Below, piece by piece: positions 26,779 to 35,584 of a stretch of 35,584 nt of DNA. The notes beneath the pieces were generated by a model, which worked only from the letters and a program-made list of their open reading frames with translations, was not told the origin of the DNA and did not search any database. This stretch comes from Bacilli bacterium (GTDB taxonomy: Bacteria; Bacillota_I; Bacilli_A; RFN20; CAG-826): the NCBI GenBank assembly GCA_024698065.1, contig JAILRR010000064.1, positions 1 through 35,584 of the forward strand, read 5' to 3'. Position 1 is the stretch's first letter. Every line of letters begins with the position of its first letter. The translations under genes were made by a program, and so were the position numbers.

Positions 26779-27953
26779 TATTTCTTAGTTCCTTTTTCTT
26801 TAATAATCTTCGCGCGCGAGGCGTACGCACCGATATTCTTTGGGACATAAAGCCTATAGATATCGCCTTTGACGCCATCGAAGGAAACCCAACCAAGGCC
26901 AGCGATGCCAATATCCCTTGGACCGTCTTCTTCTAACTGGAAGTCGAAGACATCAGAGTCGTTTTGACACTTAAACCAATCAACACATGGCTTGAGGGCT
27001 TTGTTCTTGATGTATTTTTGGAAGAGAGCCGTCATGTCGTTCTTCGGAGAAACACTCTTAAGACCGACTTTTGGTGCGAAATAACAAGTGAATGTCGTTT
27101 TCTTCTTTTCGGAAGAAAGGCTGATAGGATCAATTCTCGCAAGTCCTCCGATGAACAAACTGCCGTTAAGCACAACGACTTGTTTCCTTGGGGTGATTCT
27201 GGTCGTGACCAAGATATCTTTAGGATAAGTAGTTTTTCCGAGGAAAGAATTCTTCACGCCTGTACCTGGAGTGTCGTAAATATAAGATGTGTCATCGAGC
27301 GGAATCTGCCAAACTTCGAGCGAAGTGTTCTTGTAAGCTCCGATTGAGATGCCGCGATTCGAGGTGTTTTTGAATTGTCTGAGGAAACTTGTGAGGAAAG
27401 CACTCTTTCCGGCTCCTTTGGCGCCAATGACATAAACGCTCTTGCCGTTGCGCTTTTTCTTAATCATGCCGGAAGCAAGCGTTGCATCGGCTGAATTGTT
27501 GTAGTCTAGGAGGATAACATCTGTGCCTTTGGCTTTTTTAAATCCTTCGGCTCTGAAACGATGAGCGACATATTCTTTTGTACGCTCGACGCTGATATCT
27601 TTAGGCATCAAATCCCATTTGCTTGCGATGATGACGACAGGGAGATCGACAATCAAATCCAGCACCTCTTTGTTGAATGAACATTCAAATGAGATGAGAT
27701 CGACAAGGTAGACAATGGTCGCGCCTTCTTTTTTGGCGTCTTTGAGCATGCTTAAGAACTCGTCTGAGACATCGGCGGCTGCAGGAACTTCGTTTTGGTG
27801 AAGGGCCTCGTGGCACTCCTGGCAAAGAATAAGATCGTTGCTACGAGATGAAATCAAAGCTGTCGGGTTGATATACCCCTCTTTCTTCGGATCTTTGTCC
27901 TGAAGGACTTTGCCACAGTGATAACAGCGGCGAACTGATGTGATGATGCTCAT
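26778..27953 (-). CDS. yqeH: Circularly permuted ribosome biogenesis GTPase YqeH (divergent)
   Basis: CxxC...CxxC Zn finger, G4 SKWD, G1 GAKGAGKS, G3 DTPG, FIGGLARID, DIGIAGLGW. Start at 27953 with SD GGGAGG. Confidence 0.92.
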   Translation of the reverse strand: MSIITSVRRCYHCGKVLQDKDPKKEGYINPTALISSRSNDLILCQECHEALHQNEVPAAADVSDEFLSMLKDAKKEGATIVYLVDLISFECSFNKEVLDLIVDLPVVIIASKWDLMPKDISVERTKEYVAHRFRAEGFKKAKGTDVILLDYNNSADATLASGMIKKKRNGKSVYVIGAKGAGKSAFLTSFLRQFKNTSNRGISIGAYKNTSLEVWQIPLDDTSYIYDTPGTGVKNSFLGKTTYPKDILVTTRITPRKQVVVLNGSLFIGGLARIDPISLSSEKKKTTFTCYFAPKVGLKSVSPKNDMTALFQKYIKNKALKPCVDWFKCQNDSDVFDFQLEEDGPRDIGIAGLGWVSFDGVKGDIYRLYVPKNIGAYASRAKIIKEKGTKK

Positions 27954-27957
27954 ATTT

Positions 27958-28479
27958 CTACCTCCCAATTAAATTATAGTTTTCAGATAGAATCTTTTTG
28001 CGCTTCTTTTTTTCAAGTATTCGGTTGAATCTCGTCCAGATGATGTCACCTTTGCTGATTGGTTCGGTGAGTATGGTCATGATTCCTGCTTTATTGCCTG
28101 CTTTGACGTCAGTCAGGACTTGGTCGCCGATGAGAACGACTTCTTCTTTCTTGAAGCCTTCTTCCTTAATGAGCTTTTTTAACGGTCCGCTTAAAGGCTT
28201 CATCAAACCGGAGAAAACCCTTATTCCTAGGCTTTTTCCATAAAGTGTTACGCGCTTTGAGGTGTTGTTGGAGGCGATATAGAAATCGATTCCGGCCTCT
28301 TTCAGCGTTTTAACAAGTTCTAGCGTCATTTGACTTGGGGTTTGGATTCGATAGTCATCAAGAGTGTTATCCAAATCGGAGAGTATGACCTTGATGCCAT
28401 GTTCGGCGTAGAAAGACACTGGAATCTCGAAGATCGAGTTAGCGCGATATGTCGGGAACCAAATTGGTGTCTTTTTCAT
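27958..28479 (-). CDS. yqeG: HAD family IIIA phosphatase YqeG
   Basis: DLDNTL, SNN, KP, IGDQVLTDV, WTRFNR. Confidence 0.94.
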   Translation of the reverse strand: MKKTPIWFPTYRANSIFEIPVSFYAEHGIKVILSDLDNTLDDYRIQTPSQMTLELVKTLKEAGIDFYIASNNTSKRVTLYGKSLGIRVFSGLMKPLSGPLKKLIKEEGFKKEEVVLIGDQVLTDVKAGNKAGIMTILTEPISKGDIIWTRFNRILEKKKRKKILSENYNLIGR

Positions 28480-31109
28480 TATTCTTTCTTATCGTCCTCA
28501 AAACTTAGGATATCGTCGAAGAGAGAGATTTCCTCATAAACAACTGGTTTCTCTTCTTCTTTTTGGATTGGAGTCTCCTTTTGTTCTTCTTCAATCGGCG
28601 GGAGAGCAGGTTCAAACGACTGAATCGAATCATCGATCAAGAAGGAGTTAGAATTGTCTCTTGAGATATATTCGATGCGGTCTTTTGCTGGGAAGTTATC
28701 TGGGCGTTTTGCATATCTATCTGTTGGTGTGAGATAGAAGTCAGGGAAGATGATGTCATAACGGTTGTCGTCATGGAGAACCGTCTCAATGGTATATGGC
28801 GGAACTTGGCCGTTTGTTCTGGTAATGAAGACAACGCGGTGTGGCTCCTTTTTGAACATGTTGAAGAATGGATTCGCCTTCGCGAGTCTCTTTCCAAGGG
28901 TGATGTGGTTGGTATCGAAGACTCTCGTTGAACCGCGATCTGTGATGACAAGGATCTTGTTTTCTTTCTCTTCTTGATTGAAGGCAAGAACACCTGCTAA
29001 TGGTTTTCCGGAGAAAGAACCGGCTTTCATGCCACGGCTCTTAGGATTGCTGATGTAAATCTCGTTCTCGTTATAGAAGGAAGCACGTCCATCCTCGCTC
29101 GTGATAAAGAGATTGCTGTTACCTGTCGTATAGGTAACGCCGACAAGGGAATCGCCTTTTTCAAGCTTGATGGCTGAAATTGGCTTGCTACGTCTAACAA
29201 CAGGGAAAGAATCGAAGCGGATTCTCTTGATGGAACCGTTTCTCGAAAGAAGAACGACAAATAGGTCGTGTCTGAAATGACGGACTGCGAATGCGGCAAT
29301 CAAGTGGTCGTTTGGAGTGAGGTTCACAAGGTTATTAACGTGATAGCCTTCGTCATTCCATTTGGCTTCTTTGACTTCGTTAACTGGAACATAGAGGTAG
29401 TTTCCTTGCTCAGTGAAGATAAGAAGGAAGTCGGTTGTATCGCATTCCCCATCGAACACAAAGGAGTCGCCGGTCTTAATACCTGCTTTGGCACCGTTTT
29501 GTCCACCGGAGCCTTTCCAGGATTTAATCGAGGAACGCTTAATGTAACCATCTCTTGTGATGACGAGTTTGACGGTTTCTCTGGCAATGAGGTCACGCTT
29601 ATCAAGAGTGGTTGACGTTTCTTCTTCACGAATTTCAGTTAAACGCTCGCCAGAATACTTCTTGGCGATGGTTTTGAGGTTATCGATAATGACATCTTCA
29701 CGTTTGCTTTGATCGCTTAACAAACCATTGAGGTAGTCGATGTCTTGGTTAAGCTTGACGTTCTCATCTTCCAAGACTTTGATGTCGGTGTGGGAAAGCT
29801 TATAAAGCGGCATCATGACGATGGCTTCAGCCTGTGGTTCGGTGAATCCGAACTCCCTTTGGATATTCGCTTTTGAATCCGCCTTGTCTTGGCTGCTACG
29901 AATCACCTCAACAACCTTATCTAAGATACTGATCGCTTTGATAAGACCTTGGACGATTTCTAAACGCGCCGTGTACTTATTCAAAAGGAAATGACTCTTT
30001 CTTGTGATGACGTCGAGCTGGTGCTGGATGTAGCAATCGCAATACGAAAGGAGATCAAGAGTTTTTGGTTTATCATCAACGATAGCAACGACCTGAGCGC
30101 TGATGGAAGTCTTCAGCTGCGTCTTGTTCATGAGATAAGCGAGAACGGCTTCAGGTTTGCAATCGTTCTTCAAGTCGATTGAAATGCGAAGTCCTTCTTT
30201 GTCGCTTTCGTCGCGAACTTCCAAAATGCCTGGGATTGTCTTATCGTGGCAGATCTTGTCGATGGCTTTGACAAGAACGGATTTATTAACGTGGAATGGG
30301 ATTTCAGAAACGATGATTTGGCTAGCGCCTTTATCGTCGGTCACTATTTCCGCTTTGCTGCTAACCGTGACTTTGCCACGTCCTTTTCTATAGATATCTT
30401 CAAGCGAAGACGACTTATAGATGATTCCGCCCGTTGGGAAATCAGGGCCTGGAACAAACCTCATGAGGTCATCGACTGAGCATTCTGGATGCTTGATTCT
30501 ATACACAACTGCTGAAGTGATTTCGCGAAGGTTGTGAGGAGGAATCGAGGTAGAAATACCAACCGCAATACCTTCTGAACCGTTTGCAAGAAGATTTGGG
30601 AACAAAGCCGGAAGAACAGTTGGTTCAAACAAAGTGTCATCGAACGTGAGTTCCATATCCACCGTATCTTTGTCGATATCTGCAATGAGCTCGTTTGAAA
30701 TGGCGCTTAGTCTAGCTTCTGTGTAACGATAGGCGGCAGCACTATCGCCATCCATCGAACCGTTGTTTCCTTGGAAGTCGATTAAAGGATAACGGACGTT
30801 CCAGTCTTGAGACATGTGAACCAAGGCATCATAGACGGAAGAGTCACCGTGTGGGTGGTATTTACCTAAAACGTCGCCAACGATTCTAGCGCACTTCTTC
30901 GTTGGCTTTTCGATGGTGTTTCCGGTATTCCACATATCGTAAACAATCCTGCGCTGAACCGGTTTTAAACCATCCCTAGCATCAGGAATCGCACGATCTT
31001 GGATGACATCTTTGGCGTAGATGGCAAACTTATCGCCCATCAATTGGTCGAGAGGGCCAAAAATGATGTTCTCTTGGATTATTGGTTGTTCAATCTTCTT
31101 CTTGGCCAT
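28479..31109 (-). CDS. parC: DNA topoisomerase IV subunit A
   Basis: [30 protein letters not shown]. No GyrA box seen; follows parE next to plsY. Confidence 0.93.
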   Translation of the reverse strand: MAKKKIEQPIIQENIIFGPLDQLMGDKFAIYAKDVIQDRAIPDARDGLKPVQRRIVYDMWNTGNTIEKPTKKCARIVGDVLGKYHPHGDSSVYDALVHMSQDWNVRYPLIDFQGNNGSMDGDSAAAYRYTEARLSAISNELIADIDKDTVDMELTFDDTLFEPTVLPALFPNLLANGSEGIAVGISTSIPPHNLREITSAVVYRIKHPECSVDDLMRFVPGPDFPTGGIIYKSSSLEDIYRKGRGKVTVSSKAEIVTDDKGASQIIVSEIPFHVNKSVLVKAIDKICHDKTIPGILEVRDESDKEGLRISIDLKNDCKPEAVLAYLMNKTQLKTSISAQVVAIVDDKPKTLDLLSYCDCYIQHQLDVITRKSHFLLNKYTARLEIVQGLIKAISILDKVVEVIRSSQDKADSKANIQREFGFTEPQAEAIVMMPLYKLSHTDIKVLEDENVKLNQDIDYLNGLLSDQSKREDVIIDNLKTIAKKYSGERLTEIREEETSTTLDKRDLIARETVKLVITRDGYIKRSSIKSWKGSGGQNGAKAGIKTGDSFVFDGECDTTDFLLIFTEQGNYLYVPVNEVKEAKWNDEGYHVNNLVNLTPNDHLIAAFAVRHFRHDLFVVLLSRNGSIKRIRFDSFPVVRRSKPISAIKLEKGDSLVGVTYTTGNSNLFITSEDGRASFYNENEIYISNPKSRGMKAGSFSGKPLAGVLAFNQEEKENKILVITDRGSTRVFDTNHITLGKRLAKANPFFNMFKKEPHRVVFITRTNGQVPPYTIETVLHDDNRYDIIFPDFYLTPTDRYAKRPDNFPAKDRIEYISRDNSNSFLIDDSIQSFEPALPPIEEEQKETPIQKEEEKPVVYEEISLFDDILSFEDDKKE

Positions 31110-31111
31110 GA

Positions 31112-33043
31112 TTAGTTCTTCACTTCTTTAATAAACTCGTCTTCTTCGTTGAAGGTGATGTTCTCTTGAATCCAGTTCCAACGTGGAGCGCTGTCTTTGC
31201 CCATGAGGGTTTCGATTCGCTTCTCGGTAACGAGGGAATCATCAATCATAACTCTGCAAAGAACACGAGATTCTTTGTTCATTGTGGTCATGGCTAATTC
31301 ATCTTCGTTCATTTCACCAAGACCTTTGTAACGATTGACACCATAACCGGCACCAATCTTCTGTTTGGCTTTTTCTAATTCTTCATCGTTCCAACAATAG
31401 ATGCGTTTCTTTGGATCGCTCTTTTTGAAGACGCGGTAAAGAGGAGGCTGGGCGATGTAAACCATTCCACGATCTATAAGCGGCTTCATGTAATTGTAGA
31501 AGAAGGTCAGCAAAAGGATCTGGATGTGGGCACCATCGGTATCAGCATCGGTCATAATGATGATCTTGCCATAATGGCTCGCATCTGGATTGAATTCATC
31601 CCCGAAACCGGCACCAATTGTCTGGATAAGGGTTGAGAATTCTAGGTTATCGATTATTTCTTGGTTTGATACGTTGTGCGTATTGAGTGGTTTTCCTCTA
31701 AGAGGAAGGATGGCCTGATGACTCCTATCGCGTCCTTTTTTGGCGGAGCCGCCTGCGGAATCACCCTCAACGATGAAGAGCTCGTTGTTCTTGTAATCTT
31801 TGCTTTGGGCGCTGGCTAATTTGTCGCTGATAATCATCTCAGCAACTTTCTTTTTGGTGCCTCTTGCTGCTTCACGAGCTTTTCTAGCGGCTTCACGTGC
31901 TTCTTTTGCCTGAGCGCACTTCTTAATAAGGGCAACGGCAAAATCTTTATTCTCAGTGAGATAATACGGCATGAAGTTCGATAAGGCGTTGCTTACCACT
32001 GCCGTAGCCTCAGGTGTTCCTAGTTTGCCTTTGGTCTGGCCTTCGTATTCGAGTTTGTTCTCAGGAACTTTGACGGAAAGAACGGCGGTTAAGCCTTCGC
32101 GAATATCGCTTCCGTCAATGGACTGATTTGGTTTAATGAGTTCGTTTTCGGTTGCCCAATCATTGATGATTTTGGTCAAAGCGCCTTTAAAACCGGTTTC
32201 ATGGGTACCACCATCGGCGGTTCTTACGTCGTTAGCATAGCTATAGATGTTCTCACCATAGTCGCCAACACACCATCTCATGGCGATTTCAACCTGAATT
32301 GGATTCGAAGTGTCGTTCAAATCGATGATGTCCGCCATAGGCGTTTTGTCCATGGTCAGGGTTTGGACGTATTCGCGTAAACCATGTTCGGTATAGTAAT
32401 CGTGAGTGTTTCCGCTGATCTGGTCTTTAATAACGAAATGAACACCGGTGAGGAGATAACTCTTTTCCTCAAGTCTCGATGAAATCGTTTCGTAACTGAA
32501 TTTTGTGTTAGGAAAGATTGATGGATCTGGTTTGAAATGAACAGTAGTTCCGTGCTTCGTGGTTGGGCCGAGAACTTCTAATGGAGTCGTCAAATGACCA
32601 CCGTTTGCAAAAGCGATGTGATGGATCTTTCCTTCACGGTAGACGGTAACTTCCAAATATTCGCTTAACGCGTTTGTGACTGTAGCGCCAACGCCGTGAA
32701 GACCGGCGCTTGTTTTATAGTTCTTGCTATTGAACTTACCACCGCTATGGAGGGTCGTGTAAATGAGCTGAACGGCTGGAATGCCGGATTGCTTGTGGAT
32801 GTCTACAGGAACACCACGTCCTTCATCTTCGACGGTAAGAGAACCATCCCTCATCAAGGTGACGGTGATCTTCTTACCAAAACCGTTGACCGCCTCGTCA
32901 ACAGCGTTATCTACTATTTCCCACACAAGGTGGTGTAAACCGTTCAAGTTCGTGGAGCCGATATACATGCCAGGGCGTTTTCTGACACCTTCAAGTTCCG
33001 ATAATAATTCAATGTCGTTAGCTGTGTATTTCTCGTCGGCCAT
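31112..33043 (-). CDS. parE: DNA topoisomerase IV subunit B
   Basis: [52 protein letters not shown]; divergent from plsY as in Bacilli. Confidence 0.94.
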   Translation of the reverse strand: MADEKYTANDIELLSELEGVRKRPGMYIGSTNLNGLHHLVWEIVDNAVDEAVNGFGKKITVTLMRDGSLTVEDEGRGVPVDIHKQSGIPAVQLIYTTLHSGGKFNSKNYKTSAGLHGVGATVTNALSEYLEVTVYREGKIHHIAFANGGHLTTPLEVLGPTTKHGTTVHFKPDPSIFPNTKFSYETISSRLEEKSYLLTGVHFVIKDQISGNTHDYYTEHGLREYVQTLTMDKTPMADIIDLNDTSNPIQVEIAMRWCVGDYGENIYSYANDVRTADGGTHETGFKGALTKIINDWATENELIKPNQSIDGSDIREGLTAVLSVKVPENKLEYEGQTKGKLGTPEATAVVSNALSNFMPYYLTENKDFAVALIKKCAQAKEAREAARKAREAARGTKKKVAEMIISDKLASAQSKDYKNNELFIVEGDSAGGSAKKGRDRSHQAILPLRGKPLNTHNVSNQEIIDNLEFSTLIQTIGAGFGDEFNPDASHYGKIIIMTDADTDGAHIQILLLTFFYNYMKPLIDRGMVYIAQPPLYRVFKKSDPKKRIYCWNDEELEKAKQKIGAGYGVNRYKGLGEMNEDELAMTTMNKESRVLCRVMIDDSLVTEKRIETLMGKDSAPRWNWIQENITFNEEDEFIKEVKN

Positions 33044-33087
33044 AAGTCTAAATAATGCTGGAGTTTGGAATACGTCTGTTGTAGTGT

Positions 33088-33096
33088 ATTATAGCA
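33088..33096 (-). promoter_or_regulatory. Extended -10 promoter of parE operon
   Basis: TGCTATAAT on minus strand ~45 bp upstream of parE ATG. Confidence 0.65.
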
Positions 33097-33161
33097 AACT
33101 TTGTTTGAAAAAAGTAGGGCTATTATCAAAATAATAGGACCATTTTGAGAGAGATTATATT

Positions 33162-33890
33162 GTGGACATTTTACTGAACATCGCCGTTGCCCTTGGCTGT
33201 ATAATTTGGGGCTTTTTGATCGGTAGCATTCCTACTGGTGTTATTGTTGGAAAAGTTTTCTTCGGAAAAGATCCTCGTGACTATGGTTCTCATAACTCCG
33301 GCGGAACTAATTCAGGCCGTGTTTTAGGTAAAAAGGTCGGTATCCTCGTAATGGTTTTAGACATTGCAAAGACCGTCTTCGCTTTCTGGATGGCTTGGAT
33401 TTTCCTTCGCTTCGGACCTGTTGATCGTTCGATTCTCTTCGACGACGGCGTTTTGTACAACTATCTTGTTTGCGCTGCTGCTGCCTTTGGCCACTGCTTC
33501 TCGCCTTTCCTCAAATTCAAAGGCGGCAAAGCCGTTGCCTGCTTCATGGCTATCTTTGGTGGGTCAAGCTGGCTTGGATTCATCATTTCTCTCGCCGTCT
33601 TCTTCACCATATTCCTTGTCGTCTTCAAGAAAGTCATGTCCAAAGCGTCTTTGCTTTCTGGCGCCGTTCTTATTCTTATCAGTGGAATCTTCTGTTTGCT
33701 TAGGTTAATCCCAGGGGCCGACGGCGTCCTCAACATCTTCTTGTGGGACTTCGGTCTTGTTGGAGGTGTTTGCTTCGGTTGGGAAATGATAGCCGTTGAA
33801 GTCGTTGTTTATATCCTTCTTGTTATCAGACATGCATCAAACATCCAACGCATCAGGCAAGGCGAAGAAAAGCCTCTTGAATGGAAGTAA
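33162..33890 (+). CDS. plsY: Glycerol-3-phosphate acyltransferase PlsY
   Basis: GSIP.G, GSHNSGGTNSGR, DIAK, GHCFS.F..FKGGKAVA, RHASNIQRI..GEE. Confidence 0.96.
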   Translation: MDILLNIAVALGCIIWGFLIGSIPTGVIVGKVFFGKDPRDYGSHNSGGTNSGRVLGKKVGILVMVLDIAKTVFAFWMAWIFLRFGPVDRSILFDDGVLYNYLVCAAAAFGHCFSPFLKFKGGKAVACFMAIFGGSSWLGFIISLAVFFTIFLVVFKKVMSKASLLSGAVLILISGIFCLLRLIPGADGVLNIFLWDFGLVGGVCFGWEMIAVEVVVYILLVIRHASNIQRIRQGEEKPLEWK

Positions 33891-33922
33891 TTAATTAGTA
33901 GATATTTAGTTCATTGCATATT

Positions 33923-33957
33923 AAAATGTGCGACAACCAATGCCGCACATTTTTTTT
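33923..33957. terminator. Probably bidirectional terminator between plsY and the convergent gene
   Basis: AAAATGTGCG-11 nt-CGCACATTTT with extended T tract. Confidence 0.8.
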
Positions 33958-33967
33958 CGATTAATAC

Positions 33968-34426
33968 TTACTTATGGAGATTGACCTTCGCGTCTTTTGA
34001 AGCGATAGACTCAACAATACCGTCTAAGAGCAATGATTCCTTTTTTGAGAACACTTGGGCAACGAAAGAGAACTCATTCCTACCGTGTTTTTTATAGACG
34101 AAGCTGATCTTTCCCTTCTTCTCATACTTAAACTCGAGAAGGTCGTCTACGCTGATCGTTATGCGCTCCTTTTTATCTTCGTCATAGAATGTGATTTTAT
34201 CTTTGCTGATATTGAGCCCGTGTCCTTTCCAATAAGAAAGGCAATCTCCGAAAAAGACTATTAAATAATATAGCTCACCTAGAGTAGCTATTACGACATA
34301 GCCCCAAAGAATCGGGGTGCTCGTCAGAAGATCGAGCAAAAACAAGACCACCATACTTGCCGTATATAGAGCAGTCACAATGTAGAAAGAATATGATTGA
34401 GAGGTTCTCCAAGGATTGTATTTCAT
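33968..34426 (-). CDS. Hypothetical membrane protein (2 N-terminal TMs plus small soluble domain), leaderless
   Basis: 152-aa ORF; TGGTATAAT lies 6 nt before ATG; two hydrophobic helices. Confidence 0.75.
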   Translation of the reverse strand: MKYNPWRTSQSYSFYIVTALYTASMVVLFLLDLLTSTPILWGYVVIATLGELYYLIVFFGDCLSYWKGHGLNISKDKITFYDEDKKERITISVDDLLEFKYEKKGKISFVYKKHGRNEFSFVAQVFSKKESLLLDGIVESIASKDAKVNLHK

Positions 34427-34440
34427 GCGGAAATTATACC

Positions 34441-34704
34441 AAGAAGACCAGAGCCACGCACCTCTTCCCTCTTATTTCGACATCTCAGGGCACATCCCTT
34501 TGAAAAGTACGCACGATAACAAGACGGGAAGAGGCTTTATGGCGTAATCAAGCCTAAGAACTAGGAGGTTTCTTCGGCTCAACCGCTTGCAAGCGGATAC
34601 TGACAATAGTGATTGGCTATTGCAGGGAATATTCATCAAGTTGCTTTGTCACCATTTAAATGGCGATACTCGGCCGAGAAAAGCTAACTCGAATCCCCCT
34701 CCAT
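34441..34704 (-). ncRNA. Candidate ~260-nt structured non-coding RNA of unknown family
   Basis: Five contiguous stem domains with G-U pairs favouring the minus strand and no long ORF. Preceded by the yneF terminator and a weak promoter-like TTGCGA-16-CACTAT. Confidence 0.65.
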
Positions 34705-34737
34705 TATCTATATAGTGAGGAAAAAAGAATTTTTCGC

Positions 34738-34775
34738 AAAAAAAAGAAAAGAGCCACATTTTTGTGTGACTCTTT
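34738..34775 (-). terminator. Intrinsic terminator after efp-yneF
   Basis: Minus strand AAAGAGTCACA-CAAAAA-TGTGGCTCTTT followed by TCTTTTTTTT. Confidence 0.85.
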
Positions 34776-34786
34776 AAGATAAATCC

Positions 34787-35008
34787 TTATCTGTTTTTGT
34801 TCATTGAGTGCATGATGCTGCGAACTTGCTTTTCGCTTGGTTTGCGGCCCATTTGCTCATACATCGTGCGAATTTGTTTTTCGGTGATTGGAGGATTCTT
34901 CTCCATTTGCTTTTGAATAAGGTAACGAGCAAGGAAGAAACCGATGACACCACCGACGATGAGAACGCCAATTAAAGAAAGGACAAAAACCCAAACTTCA
35001 ATTTGCAT
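34787..35008 (-). CDS. yneF: YneF/UPF0154 family small membrane protein
   Basis: TM followed by GFFLAR...KNPPITEKQIR.M..QMGRKPSEK. Confidence 0.93.
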   Translation of the reverse strand: MQIEVWVFVLSLIGVLIVGGVIGFFLARYLIQKQMEKNPPITEKQIRTMYEQMGRKPSEKQVRSIMHSMNKNR

Positions 35009-35013
35009 CGATA

Positions 35014-35571
35014 TTAGGCTCTCTTATCGTATTTGCCGGTAACGGTATCAACCATGACCTTTTCGCCCTTCTCGATGAAGAGAGGGACTCTGATCTTAAG
35101 ACCGGTTTCGAGGACGGCATCTTTAGAACCACCATTGGTGACGGTGTCGCCTCTGACGCCTGGCTCACATTCAGTGATCTCAAGAGCGACTTTGGCTGGA
35201 AGTTCGATACCAAGGATTTCTTCTTCGTAAGCGTTGATGGTAACGAAGCCGTTTGGAGCAAGGAAGCCCATTTCGCGTTCAAGACCATTCTTAGGAAGCT
35301 CAACCTGTTCATAGGTATCTGGATCCATAAAGACTAAGGTGGTTCCGCCGTCGTAGAGGTACTGCATCTGCTTCTTGTCGACGCTGACGAGGGTGACATC
35401 GTAACCGGAGTTACGGGCAAGCTCGGTGATAGCACCGGTGCGGACATTTCTAACTTTGACTTTAGCAACCATCTTTCTCATAGCGGTTTTGTTGAGAAGG
35501 ATGTCGATAACTTGATAAAGGGTGTTTTCATCTTCGAAGTAGTTGCCAGGGCGTAATTCTGTAACGTTCAT
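35014..35571 (-). CDS. efp: Translation elongation factor P (non-canonical loop)
   Basis: ELRPG, KNVRTG-like segment (RNVRTG), MQYLY, FMDP.TYEQ, PGVRGDT, K.AVLETG, VPLFI..GE; SD AGGAG. Confidence 0.95.
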   Translation of the reverse strand: MNVTELRPGNYFEDENTLYQVIDILLNKTAMRKMVAKVKVRNVRTGAITELARNSGYDVTLVSVDKKQMQYLYDGGTTLVFMDPDTYEQVELPKNGLEREMGFLAPNGFVTINAYEEEILGIELPAKVALEITECEPGVRGDTVTNGGSKDAVLETGLKIRVPLFIEKGEKVMVDTVTGKYDKRA

Positions 35572-35584
35572 TCTAAAATCTCCT

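Noticed and set aside
954-27968. Longer ORF-track starts at 954, 6192, 18404 and 27968
   Set aside because: Strong SDs support downstream ATGs (978, 6237, 18485, 27953); the upstream extensions run through leaders, terminators or the previous gene.
28479-33043. gyrA/gyrB assignment
   Set aside because: No GyrA box seen; terminus location and divergent plsY indicate parC/parE.
34441-34704. Assigning the structured region to RNase P, SRP, tmRNA, 6S or a TPP/cobalamin riboswitch
   Set aside because: No GAGGAAAGUCC (RNase P), no UCAGG..GNRA..AGCAG (SRP), no tRNA-like ends with correct spacing or ..AA tag (tmRNA), and not a single bubble rod (6S). CUGAGA and AGGGAA..GGUG occur without the rest of the riboswitch cores.
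939-34720. Shared CTCGAATCCC...CTATAT...GTGAGG at ~939-966 and ~34688-34720
   Set aside because: Short and gapped, in different functional contexts and opposite transcriptional sense; most likely chance.
4062-35073. Polarised SRS-like GAGAAGGG octamers pointing at dif
   Set aside because: Two copies noticed point to dif (23666, 35066) but two point away (4062, 17642), so there is no skew in this small sample.
220-35312. Numerous 60-210 aa antisense or out-of-frame ORFs in the ORF track
   Set aside because: They overlap well-identified housekeeping genes and have no recognisable motifs; they are shadow ORFs from codon bias.

Overview
Core-genome window from a small-genome Bacilli (Bacillota) bacterium, probably an Erysipelotrichales/RFN20/RF39-like lineage (inferred from gene content; standard code, TGA used as stop). 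The + strand (1-24291) carries valS (3' part), a small leader-type peptide, L21 leader-rplU-prp-rpmA, a GT2 glycosyltransferase, obgE, an unannotated 31-aa membrane peptide, ruvAB, a degenerate secDF, recJ, relA, hisS, aspS, tkt, asp23, nusB, xseAB, dxs, dinB and xerD. Gene orientation flips across a 734-bp AT-rich gap containing a canonical 28-bp dif site (24758-24785), so this is very likely the replication terminus. The - strand carries efp, yneF, a membrane protein and parE-parC-yqeG-yqeH-yhbY-nadD/yqeK-rsfS; plsY is divergent on +. No mobile elements, CRISPR, tRNA or rRNA were seen. The most interesting observations are: (1) an insulated, densely structured ~260-nt non-coding RNA candidate (34441-34704, -) with no family I recognise and an anti-Shine-Dalgarno loop; (2) an exact copy of the dif XerD arm overlapping the -35 box of the dinB-xerD promoter; (3) a SecDF lacking three key proton-path residues; (4) an EF-P with a TAMR loop instead of PGKG; (5) two small proteins; (6) repeated leaderless promoter architecture. 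All calls were made by eye; no searches or folding programs were run.
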